Origin: Anaerolineae bacterium
GTDB lineage: Bacteria > Chloroflexota > Anaerolineae > E26-bin7
NCBI GenBank assembly: GCA_029933115.1
Contig: JAOZOT010000001.1
Location: forward strand, 1-40,117
Direction: 5' to 3'
Length of the DNA stretch: 40,117 bases
Position 1 is the first letter of the stretch. Every line of letters begins with the position of its first letter. Below the pieces are notes generated by a model. It searched no databases. It was not told the DNA's origin and was given only the letters and a program-made list of their open reading frames with translations. A program made the translations under genes and the position numbers. Shown here one piece after another: positions 26,004 to 35,089 of the stretch.

Positions 26004-27086
26004 ATGAGCAACTCTGTCCTGGTGACTGGTAGCAATGGTTTGATTGGTTCAGAAGCAGTGCAATGGTTTGATCGGCTGGGTTGGCAGGTCTACGGTATTG
26101 ATAATAATATGCGTATGCGATTTTTCGGACCTGAGGCAGATACCCGCTGGAACTTAGCTTGGCTGCAAGAGCATACGAATCGTTTTGAACACTTTGATAT
26201 TGATATTCGTGATCGAAAAACAATTCTGCAGTTTTTTCAAGATCACTCGCTAGATTTGATCATTCACTGCGCTGCACAGCCAAGCCATGATCTGGCTGCT
26301 CGAATACCTTTTGAAGATTTTGACACTAATGCGGTAGGAACGCTTAATCTTCTGGAGGCAACTAGGCGATATTGTCCTGATGCCGTGTTCATCTTCATGA
26401 GCACAAACAAAGTATATGGAGATGCACCTAATGAAATCCCACTGGTGGAATTGGAAACACGGTATGACTACGCTAACCCTCAAGACTACAATGGCATAGA
26501 TGAAACTTGCCGCATCGATCGCTGCTTGCACAGTCTCTTTGGGGCCTCAAAGGTTGCGGCCGACATAATGGCTCAAGAATATGGTCGGTATTTCGGTATG
26601 CCTGTCGGGATTTTTCGAGGTGGCTGTCTGACAGGCTCACACCACAGTGGGGTACAATTACATGGCTTTCTCTCCTACCTGGTAAAGGTCGCTGTTAGCG
26701 GCGGATCGTATACAATCTTTGGCTATAAAGGCAAACAAGTACGTGACAATATCCATAGTTGGGATGTTGTAAGTGCTTTCTATGAGTTTTACAAGAACCC
26801 GCGTTGTGGTGAAGTGTATAACATTGGCGGTGGTCGCAATAACAGCATTTCTGTGCTGGAAGCCATTGACAAGATAAGCCGCCTGACCGGTAAGGAAATC
26901 CAATGGACGTACCAGAACCGGCCGCGCGTCGGCGATCACATTTGCTACATCTCCGATCTATCAAAACTGCAAACCCATTACCCTAACTGGAGGATCACGC
27001 GCAAGTTAGATGACATCTTGCAGGATATGGTGGCGTTTGAACTAGCGCGAGTTCAGAAGAGAAGTACCCAATGCGAATTTGGCTAA
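26004..27086 (+). CDS. NAD-dependent epimerase/dehydratase (extended SDR, CDP-paratose-2-epimerase-like)
   Basis: '[15 protein letters not shown]' (GxxGxxG), '[10 protein letters not shown]', and '[10 protein letters not shown]' where YxxxK is expected. ATG 26004 follows 'gaggggga'. Confidence 0.85.
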   Translation: MSNSVLVTGSNGLIGSEAVQWFDRLGWQVYGIDNNMRMRFFGPEADTRWNLAWLQEHTNRFEHFDIDIRDRKTILQFFQDHSLDLIIHCAAQPSHDLAARIPFEDFDTNAVGTLNLLEATRRYCPDAVFIFMSTNKVYGDAPNEIPLVELETRYDYANPQDYNGIDETCRIDRCLHSLFGASKVAADIMAQEYGRYFGMPVGIFRGGCLTGSHHSGVQLHGFLSYLVKVAVSGGSYTIFGYKGKQVRDNIHSWDVVSAFYEFYKNPRCGEVYNIGGGRNNSISVLEAIDKISRLTGKEIQWTYQNRPRVGDHICYISDLSKLQTHYPNWRITRKLDDILQDMVAFELARVQKRSTQCEFG

Positions 27087-28492
27087 TCACTGTGGCTGAT
27101 CCCATACCCTCAGACTACATGCGCCCTATGCGCGTGATGCAGGTAGCCGACCAAGCCATTGCTCGTGGGCACGAGGTGACAATATGGACGACAAGCTTCT
27201 CACATCACCTTAAACGCCAACGAGTTCACCAAGATACAGAATATCAGGTTCAAACAAATTACCGAGTTGTGGTGCTCAAGTCATGGGGCTACAGAAAGAA
27301 CATTTCGTTGCAACGCTATCTGGCTCATTGGCACTTTGCCAAACGGCTTTCCCATGCTTTTGAGAATGCAAAAACGTACCCCGACATTGTGATCGCAACA
27401 TTGCCTCCTCTTGATACAGTATTGGCTGCAGTGACTTTTTGCCAGAAACAAGGCATTCCAGTGGTGGTTGACGTGATTGATCCTTGGCCTGATGGGATTC
27501 TATCACTAGCGCCTAAAGCACTACGCCCACTGGCCAAATTGCTCTTAGTACCACTTTATAGACAAGCCAAGCGCATATTCTCCAGCGTGTCAGCTATAAC
27601 CGGCATATCTCAGACCTATGTTGAGTGGGGACTACAACTCAGCGGCAGAAAAAATATCCCGACATGGGTATTCTGGCCCGCTGCTGATGTGAAGTTTTAT
27701 AACTCAGAAGATGATCAAGCATGCAGGGATAGGTTGGGAATACCACTCAAAAAAAATATCAGGCAGGGATCGAGGTCACCGGACGGCGCTGGAGGCGTTG
27801 AGAGGGGCAGGAGGCAGGGCTCTCAGTGGGATTCAGCGTTCTCAATGGCTCGGGAGGCAAGGTCGCCTACAGTTTTAAATGATACTCATGAGTTGGATGT
27901 GGTTCGTTTTGTGTATGCTGGAGCTTTGGGGCGATCATACGATGTGGAAACCGTAGTTAAAGCAGCCCGCCTGTTGAACAGTCAAGGGGAAAAACGAGCT
28001 CATTTCGAAATTGCTGGCACTGGTCCGAAAGCTGAGCTGATTCACAGCATGGCATCCGAATTACCCAATGTCTCGCTTTACGGGTGGTTAGATGCCAAGG
28101 CCTTGCTAGCGCTGCTAAAGCGCAGCCATGTCGGTTTGGCGCCTTACACGAAGGATTCCACTCAAACGGTCACCTATAAGCTATTTGAATATCTGGCAGC
28201 GGGATTGCCAATTTTGTGCTCATTGCCTGGTGAGATGACAGACTTTATCGTTAAGCACAGGGTAGGCAGGTTCTTTGAACCGGGAAACGCAGTGGCATTG
28301 GCGGATCTGGTGAGCGAGATCCTTGAAGATGTAAGTTGGCTGAAAGATGCAAGTCGCTTGGCCAGACAAGTGGCTTGTAAATACGGAGAGAAGTGCGTTG
28401 TGTATACTAAAATGGTGCAGGTATGGGAGACAATAGCGGAAGATAAAGTATGTTTGAAAGGGCATATCGCCACCAAGTCGAGCGCACTCTAG
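27071..28492 (+). CDS. Glycosyltransferase, GT4 (WbuB/WcaI-like) with an interdomain insertion
   Basis: '[13 protein letters not shown]' and '[30 protein letters not shown]'. A GC-rich in-frame stretch lies at 27761-27868. Confidence 0.8.
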   Translation: MRIWLITVADPIPSDYMRPMRVMQVADQAIARGHEVTIWTTSFSHHLKRQRVHQDTEYQVQTNYRVVVLKSWGYRKNISLQRYLAHWHFAKRLSHAFENAKTYPDIVIATLPPLDTVLAAVTFCQKQGIPVVVDVIDPWPDGILSLAPKALRPLAKLLLVPLYRQAKRIFSSVSAITGISQTYVEWGLQLSGRKNIPTWVFWPAADVKFYNSEDDQACRDRLGIPLKKNIRQGSRSPDGAGGVERGRRQGSQWDSAFSMAREARSPTVLNDTHELDVVRFVYAGALGRSYDVETVVKAARLLNSQGEKRAHFEIAGTGPKAELIHSMASELPNVSLYGWLDAKALLALLKRSHVGLAPYTKDSTQTVTYKLFEYLAAGLPILCSLPGEMTDFIVKHRVGRFFEPGNAVALADLVSEILEDVSWLKDASRLARQVACKYGEKCVVYTKMVQVWETIAEDKVCLKGHIATKSSAL

Positions 28493-28500
28493 TGACTATT

Positions 28501-29607
28501 ATGCAACGGGCGTCGGGCTGGGTCAGCCTGTACAAACAAACGGATGACGCCCGGCTGTGGCAGGCCGCGCAGGAGAACCGCGTCGCCTCCATCGTCGCCC
28601 ATGCCCTGATGGATACCCTCGGCCCTGAACACACCCCGGCCCACTGGCGTCGGGCTCACGCAGAGACTTATGACCGCATCTCTGCCTACCTGGCCGAACT
28701 GGACCGCGTCGCTGCCCGGCTGACAGAAGAAGGCATCTCTCTCGTCGCCCTCAAAAACGGCGGCATCGCCCGTGGCCTCTATCCCTGCCCTGGCTGCTGC
28801 CCCATGGGGGACCTGGACGTGCTGGTGGAAAAACGCCACTTTCGTCGTGCCCACCGAATTCTGCTGGCCGGAGGCTACCACTTTGAGTTCCGCAGTCCAC
28901 TGGAGGAGGCCGAGCTGGAAGCTGCCGAAAAAAGCGGTGGGGCCGAATATTGGAAAATCCTGCCCAATGGCGTGAGACTGTGGCTTGAACTGCAATGGCG
29001 GCCGGTGGCCGGACGCTGGATCCGCCCCGATCAGGAACCATCCGCCAAAGACCTGATAGCTCGCTCTGCCCCTATCGCCGGTACGGATGTGCGCCTCCTC
29101 GCTCCTGAGGACAACCTGTTGCAGGTCGCCCTCCACACGGCCAAACATTCCTACGTGCGCGCCCCTGGTTTTCGCCTACACCTGGACGTGGAGCGCATCG
29201 TTCGTCACCAGACTATCAACTGGGGTTTGTTTTTGAGTCGGGTGCTGGCTTTGCAGGTCAAGACGCCGGTCTACTTTTCCCTGGTCATCCCCCGGGCTCT
29301 CTTTGGCACGCCGGTGCCCGACGATGTGCTGGACGCCTTGCGTCCGCCGGCGTGGAAGGAGCGTGTGTTCACCCGCTGGATTCAGCGGGTGGGCCTTTTT
29401 AACCCCGACGAGCGCAAATTCGGCAAGGCGGGTTACATCCTCTTCACTGCTCTGCTCTACGACGACCTGCGCGGCCTGTGGCGGGGCGTCTTCCCCGACA
29501 AAGCCTGGATGCAAGAGCGGTACGGGTTCCGAAGTAGCCTGCTGCTGCCCATCTATCACGTTCGCCGGCTGGCAGACCTGACCTGGCGACGAACGCTTAG
29601 CTTATGA
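28501..29607 (+). CDS. Uncharacterised nucleotidyltransferase-family protein (NTP_transf_5-like)
   Basis: 'CPMGDLDVLVEKRHFRRAHRILLAGGY' and 'LLQVALHTAKH'. The start is ATG 28501 or GTG 28492. Confidence 0.6.
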   Translation: MQRASGWVSLYKQTDDARLWQAAQENRVASIVAHALMDTLGPEHTPAHWRRAHAETYDRISAYLAELDRVAARLTEEGISLVALKNGGIARGLYPCPGCCPMGDLDVLVEKRHFRRAHRILLAGGYHFEFRSPLEEAELEAAEKSGGAEYWKILPNGVRLWLELQWRPVAGRWIRPDQEPSAKDLIARSAPIAGTDVRLLAPEDNLLQVALHTAKHSYVRAPGFRLHLDVERIVRHQTINWGLFLSRVLALQVKTPVYFSLVIPRALFGTPVPDDVLDALRPPAWKERVFTRWIQRVGLFNPDERKFGKAGYILFTALLYDDLRGLWRGVFPDKAWMQERYGFRSSLLLPIYHVRRLADLTWRRTLSL

Positions 29608-29623
29608 TTATGAGGGAAAGCAA

Positions 29624-30583
29624 ATGAGCTATGGGCTTAAAATACGAGCCTATCGCTTGGGTGATGAAATTCAAATTCTACGATTGTTCCGCCAAAGCTA
29701 TGGACGAGATTTGGATAGGAAGGTTTGGTTTTGGCGTTTTCAAGACAATCCTGCTGGTCAAGGCATCATCTACTTGGGTTGGGACAAAGACACTTTGGCA
29801 GCTCATTATGGAGTCTCAGCGGTTGTCATGCGGATCAGTGGCTGGGATTGGTTGACGGGCTTATCGGGAACTACTATGACGCATCCAGATTATCGTGGAC
29901 AGGGTCTTTTCCCTAAGCTGGCTAGGAAAACGTATGATCAAATGAGACAAGCTGGTATGGCAATGGTATGGGGTTTCCCTAACACCCAATCGCATCGAGG
30001 ATTTGTCCGGGACTTGGAATGGGTGGATATTTACGAGATTCCAACGCTTCGTTTGGCCTTGCCGGGTCATCGTCTATTGCCTGTCCCTCCTCCTACTAAT
30101 ATTTTGGAACTACAATGGTTTGACGGGCGATTTGACCAGTTATGGGAGCAAGTGAGGGATGACTATCGCATCATAGCAAAACGCGATCGTGACTACCTAC
30201 AATGGCGCTATGTCAAAAATCCAGTGACGGAGTACCATATCTTGGCCTATGTGGATGGTGACGATGTGATGGGATATGCCGTGTACAAACGATACCGTGA
30301 AGAACTCCAAATAGTGGATATCCTGACCAGACCGGACATAGAAATTGGCCTTACATTAATCTCTCGTCTAGTGCAAATTGGTCTTGAACAATCGCTTTCG
30401 TCCGTAGGTCTTTGGCTAAACGTGTCACATCCTCTGCACAGAGCGTTAGAGAGATTAGGGTTTTATAATGATAGGCCTGTTATTTACTTTGGAGGGCTGT
30501 CATTGCAGTCCCATTTGCAGGAAACCGAGATATATGATTTTCGCAATTGGTACTTGACGATGGGAGACTCTGATGTGTTTTAA
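29624..30583 (+). CDS. GNAT-like acyltransferase (two-domain), paralog of 11579
   Basis: 'TMTHPDYRGQGLFPKLARKTY'. The C-terminal tail is 'NWYLTMGDSDVF'. RBS 'gagggaaag' is upstream. Confidence 0.7.
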   Translation: MSYGLKIRAYRLGDEIQILRLFRQSYGRDLDRKVWFWRFQDNPAGQGIIYLGWDKDTLAAHYGVSAVVMRISGWDWLTGLSGTTMTHPDYRGQGLFPKLARKTYDQMRQAGMAMVWGFPNTQSHRGFVRDLEWVDIYEIPTLRLALPGHRLLPVPPPTNILELQWFDGRFDQLWEQVRDDYRIIAKRDRDYLQWRYVKNPVTEYHILAYVDGDDVMGYAVYKRYREELQIVDILTRPDIEIGLTLISRLVQIGLEQSLSSVGLWLNVSHPLHRALERLGFYNDRPVIYFGGLSLQSHLQETEIYDFRNWYLTMGDSDVF

Positions 30584-31241
30584 AATCAGCGAGAGCAAGC
30601 TCCTAGCCACATTGAAGACTGTGAAGGATATCGGGCGCCAATTTCAGCTGGCACTTAAGCGCTTGCTAGATATAGTTCTCTGCATCATTGTGCTTGTTTT
30701 AGGCTTTCCTTTTTTCGTGTTAATTGCTTTTCTGGTTAAATTTTCGTCTCCTGGTCCTATTTTTTTTATGCAGCAGCGAGTTGGTCGCGGAGGTAAGATT
30801 TTTGTAATGATTAAGTTTCGGACAATGGTTGCTGACCATCAGCTAAGTGTACCTCATGTATGGAATCTAACTGAAGAAGCAAGGATAACCTCAGTGGGTA
30901 GGTTCTTACGCGATTTTGGTCTTGATGAGCTGCCACAGGTGTTTAATATCCTCAAGGGAGACATGAGTATTGTTGGTCCACGGCCTCCTTTGCCTATGCA
31001 GGTAGATGATTACACGGAGCGTCAGGCACTTGCGTTTAACATGCGACCAGGAGTGCTTTCCTGGGCTGCGGTTAATGGTCGTCGCTCTATATCTATGGAG
31101 CAACGCCGAGACCTTCATGCTTGGTATGTACAGAACTGGTCTTTATGGCTTGATCTTAAAATACTGTTCCGCTCTTTTCTGGTTGTCCTTAAGAGAGAAA
31201 ATGCAGGTGAACGGCTGGAGACCATCATTACAAAGAATTGA
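30573..31241 (+). CDS. Small phosphoglycosyl transferase (bacterial sugar transferase family, PglC/WbaP-C-terminal-like)
   Basis: It has a re-entrant helix 'LKRLLDIVLCIIVLVLGFPFFVLIAFLV'. Other motifs are 'PGPIFFMQQRVGRGGKIFVMIKFRTM' and 'GLDELPQVFNILKGDMSIVGPRP'. Confidence 0.9.
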   Translation: MCFKISESKLLATLKTVKDIGRQFQLALKRLLDIVLCIIVLVLGFPFFVLIAFLVKFSSPGPIFFMQQRVGRGGKIFVMIKFRTMVADHQLSVPHVWNLTEEARITSVGRFLRDFGLDELPQVFNILKGDMSIVGPRPPLPMQVDDYTERQALAFNMRPGVLSWAAVNGRRSISMEQRRDLHAWYVQNWSLWLDLKILFRSFLVVLKRENAGERLETIITKN

Positions 31242-31254
31242 TTTGAGCAAGGGT

Positions 31255-31926
31255 ATGGCCACGCGGGTATTAGTGATTGCTGCTCATCCTGACGACGAGG
31301 TGCTTGGTTGTGGGGGGGCAATTGCTCGTCATGTTGAAAATGGAAGTCAGGTCTATGTACTTATAGCAACACGTGGTGCTCCTGACGTGTTTCCTTCTGC
31401 CCAGGTTGAGACAGTCTGGCAAGAAGCACATGCAGCTCATGAGATGTTGGGTATAACGGAGACATACACTTTGGATTTCTTAGCTCCCCGCCTAGATGTC
31501 ATACCTACGCACGAGCTGGTTGATAGCATTCATGAGCATCTTATACAACTTCGACCGGAAATCGTGTATCTACCTCATCGTGGGGATATTCACAATGATC
31601 ATCGCTGCGTCTATCATGCTACCCTAGTTGCTGCTCGTCCAATTGACAACTGTGGAATCAATCGTTTGCTCTGTTACGAAACGCCTTCGGAGACCGAATG
31701 GGCGCCGCCATCTGGAGATAATGCTTTTGTCCCCACTGTATTTGTTGACATTAGCCGACATTTGGAAATCAAGCTACGAGCAGTTGCCTGTTATCGCTCG
31801 CAAATTAAGGAGCCGCCCCATCCACGTTCATTGAGAACTGTGGAGATTCAGGCCCGTTTACGTGGGAGCACCGTAGGGTTGTCTGCTGCAGAGGCATTTA
31901 TGCTAGTGCGCGAAATAGTCAAATAA
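31255..31926 (+). CDS. PIG-L / LmbE-family deacetylase
   Basis: 'VLVIAAHPDDEVLGCGG' and 'HNDH'. The start is ATG 31255. The track ORF from 31006 overlaps the sugar transferase. Confidence 0.85.
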   Translation: MATRVLVIAAHPDDEVLGCGGAIARHVENGSQVYVLIATRGAPDVFPSAQVETVWQEAHAAHEMLGITETYTLDFLAPRLDVIPTHELVDSIHEHLIQLRPEIVYLPHRGDIHNDHRCVYHATLVAARPIDNCGINRLLCYETPSETEWAPPSGDNAFVPTVFVDISRHLEIKLRAVACYRSQIKEPPHPRSLRTVEIQARLRGSTVGLSAAEAFMLVREIVK

Positions 31927-32196
<270 letters not shown>

Positions 32197-33119
32197 ACTG
32201 CTGCGGGCCTTTCGTCAGGCCTACCAGGCCCTGGGGCTGAGCGGCCGCATCGTGGCCGTGGACATAGACCCGCTGGCCCCCGCTTTGCAGGTCGCCGATC
32301 GCTACTACCTCGTCCCTCGCCTCACCTCACCCCATTACATCCCCACCCTGGTCGGCATCTGTCAGCGCGAACGCATCAACCTGGTTTTCCCTTTGATTGA
32401 CCCTGACATCCCCGTGCTGGCGCGCCATCGAGAGGATATTGAAGCGACGGGCGCCCGCCTGGCGGTGGTCTCGCCGGAGGCGGCCGCCACCGCCGCCGAC
32501 AAGTGGCTGACTGTTCAGTTCTTTCAACGCCTGGACTTGCCCACACCGCGTTCCTGGCTGCCGGGACAACTGGACCCGGCCCAGGTCAGGTATCCGCTTT
32601 TCATCAAACCGCGTTTCGGCAGCGCCGCCAGGAGCACGTTCAAAGTGCGCAACGCCCGAGAGTTGGCCTTCTTTTCGGATTACGTGCCGGATCCCATCGT
32701 GCAGGAATACCTGCCCGGCCCCGAAATCACCAATGACGTCATCTGTGACCTGGAAGGCGAGGTGCTGGCCGTGGTCTCCCGCCGGCGCATCGAAGTGCGT
32801 TGGGGCGAAGTGGCCAAAGGAGTGACGATTCACAACCCGTTCATAACCCGGGCCTGCGTGAAAATTGCCAGGGCGCTGCCGGCCATCGGCCCCATCACCG
32901 TGCAGTGCATGATGAAAGGGGTAACGCCGCATTTCACCGAGATCAATGCCCGGCTGGGTGGCGGGGTGCCACTGGGCATCGCCGCGGGCGTAGAATTTCC
33001 CCGCTGGCTGCTGGCACAAGCGGCCGGACGGCCCATGTATATCCCACCGCCGGACACCTACCTGGTTGGCCTGTACCTGACCCGCTACGATGATTCCTTC
33101 TTTCTGAGCGAAGCCGAAC

Positions 33120-33818
33120 GTGAGCAGGTGGCAAGCCATCGTCTTTGACCTGGACGATACCCTTTACCCGGAGCGAGATTACGTGCTCAGCGGCTTCCGG
33201 GCTGTGGCCGCCTGGGCCGAAGCACACCTGGACATCCCGGCTGCGCTGGGATTGGCCGAGCTACAAAGCCTCTTTGAGCAAGGCGTGCGTGGCGACACCT
33301 TTAACCGCTGGTTGGCGGCGCACGGCCTGGCCTCCGAGAGCCTGGTGCTGCGACTGGTCCAGGTCTATCGAGAGCACGAGCCGGCGCTGACCCCTTTTCC
33401 CGAGGTGCCGGGTTTGCTCGCCTCATTCCGTCGGCGCTATCGCCTGGGCATCGTCAGCGACGGCTACCTGGCCGTGCAGCAGCGCAAGCTGGCGGCCCTG
33501 AACCTGGCCCATCACTTTGAGGCCATCGTCTTTTCCGACGAGTGGGGGCGCAGAGCCTGGAAGCCCAGCGTCATACCGTTCCAGGCCGTCCTGCAGCGGC
33601 TGGCAGTGTCCGCCGCCGGTTCAGTCTACGTGGCGGACAATCCGGGCAAAGATTTCCTCGGTGCCCGGCAGGCCGGTATGTTCACCGTCTGGGTGCGACG
33701 GCCCGGCGGAGAATACGCCCGCTCGACTCCACCGACAGCACACCATGCCCCTCATTGGACTATCACCTCCCTGCTGGAATTGGAATCAACCATTGTGGGA
33801 CAGGAGACGCCTCGTTGA
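33120..33818 (+). CDS. HAD-superfamily hydrolase (subfamily IA-like)
   Basis: 'AIVFDLDDTLY' (DxDxT), 'GIVSDG' and 'VYVADNPGKDF'. The start is GTG, and no in-frame ATG lies before the DxD motif. Confidence 0.8.
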   Translation: MSRWQAIVFDLDDTLYPERDYVLSGFRAVAAWAEAHLDIPAALGLAELQSLFEQGVRGDTFNRWLAAHGLASESLVLRLVQVYREHEPALTPFPEVPGLLASFRRRYRLGIVSDGYLAVQQRKLAALNLAHHFEAIVFSDEWGRRAWKPSVIPFQAVLQRLAVSAAGSVYVADNPGKDFLGARQAGMFTVWVRRPGGEYARSTPPTAHHAPHWTITSLLELESTIVGQETPR

Positions 33819-33829
33819 CCCCCATCCCC

Positions 33830-34930
33830 ATGTCTGCGCCTGATCTGACCGAGGCCGAGATCGAAGCCGTCACTCAGGTCCTGGCTACTCCTCACCTCAG
33901 TATGGGCCCACGCCTGGACGAATTCGAGCGGCGGGTGGCCGGGTACATTGGTGTGTGCCACGCCGTGGCCGTCTCCAGTGGCACAGCCGGGCTGCACCTG
34001 TGTGTCATCGCCGCCGGGGTCAAGGAAGGGGACGAGGTCATCACCACGCCGTTCAGCTTTGTCTCGTCGGCCAATTGCGTCCTGTTTGAGCGGGCCAGGC
34101 CGGTGTTCGTGGACGTTGTGGCCGATACATTATGCCTTGATCCTGCTCGGATTGAAGAGGCCATTACGCCCCGGACCAAAGCTATCCTGGCGGTGGACGT
34201 CTTCGGCCAACCGGCGGATTACGACCCCATCCGCGAGATCGCCGAGCGGCACAACTTGGTGATCATCGAGGACGCCTGCGAGGCCATCGGGGCCGAGTAC
34301 AAAGGGCGTAAGGCAGGCACCCTGGGCAACGCCGCCGTTTTCGCCTTTTACCCCAACAAGCAGATGACTACCGGCGAGGGGGGCGTGATCGTCACCGACC
34401 GGGATGACTGGTCCGCTCTCTTCCGTTCGCTGCGCAACCAAGGGCGTGACGTTTTTGACGGCTGGCTTACCCACACCCGGCTGGGCTACAACTATCGCCT
34501 GGACGAGTTGAGCGCGGCGCTGGGTGTAGCACAGTTGGGCCGCATCGAGGAGTTGCTGGCCAAGCGCGAGCGGGTCGCAGATTGGTACAACGAGCGGCTG
34601 ATAAACATTGAAGGGGTGCGCATCCCGTACATCGCGCCAACGACCACGCGCATGAGCTGGTTCGTCTACGTCGTCCGTTTTCGGCCGCCTCTCAATCGGG
34701 ATTGGATATTGGCCGCCCTCAAGGCGCGGGGTATCCCTTCACGACCCTATTTCACACCGATCCACCTGCAACCGTTCTATGTCCAGAAGTTCGGCTATGA
34801 GCGAGGTGACTTTCCCCAGGCAGAAGCGGCGGGCGATTCGTGCCTGGCTCTGCCCTTCTCCGGCGTAATGACCGAGGAGCAGGTGGACCGTGTTTGCCGT
34901 GCTCTGAAGGAGATTGTTGCGGAAGGGTAG
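33830..34930 (+). CDS. DegT/DnrJ/EryC1/StrS-family sugar aminotransferase (PglE/PglC-Nm-like)
   Basis: 'AVSSGTAGLHLC', 'ITTPFSFVSSAN' and 'FAFYPNKQMTTGEGG' (PLP lysine). The start is ATG 33830 or TTG 33815. Confidence 0.9.
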   Translation: MSAPDLTEAEIEAVTQVLATPHLSMGPRLDEFERRVAGYIGVCHAVAVSSGTAGLHLCVIAAGVKEGDEVITTPFSFVSSANCVLFERARPVFVDVVADTLCLDPARIEEAITPRTKAILAVDVFGQPADYDPIREIAERHNLVIIEDACEAIGAEYKGRKAGTLGNAAVFAFYPNKQMTTGEGGVIVTDRDDWSALFRSLRNQGRDVFDGWLTHTRLGYNYRLDELSAALGVAQLGRIEELLAKRERVADWYNERLINIEGVRIPYIAPTTTRMSWFVYVVRFRPPLNRDWILAALKARGIPSRPYFTPIHLQPFYVQKFGYERGDFPQAEAAGDSCLALPFSGVMTEEQVDRVCRALKEIVAEG

Positions 34931-35089
34931 AGGGGTAAGGAAAATCTTTGAGAGACACATCGGCACTCCTTCCCGGATATTTCGGTCAAGCTCAGGAGCC
35001 GTTTGGCAGCCTCCTTGATTGCCGCAGGTCTCCTGGCCGAGGCCGGAGGGAGTTCGGTGAGGACACTTGCACCCATCGTGGAGAGAGAA

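Noticed and set aside
32327-33139. A 270-aa minus-strand ORF. Similar shadow ORFs lie at 28489-29148, 24706-25314, 5509-6051 and 35204-35805.
   Set aside because: All are antisense to well-supported plus-strand genes in GC-rich sequence. Their translations are Gly/Arg/Pro-rich without motifs.
34931-35089. A possible terminator or hairpin between the aminotransferase and dehydratase genes ('ctggccgaggccgg').
   Set aside because: Only 4-bp stems are present and no U-tract follows. This is insufficient for a terminator or attenuator call.
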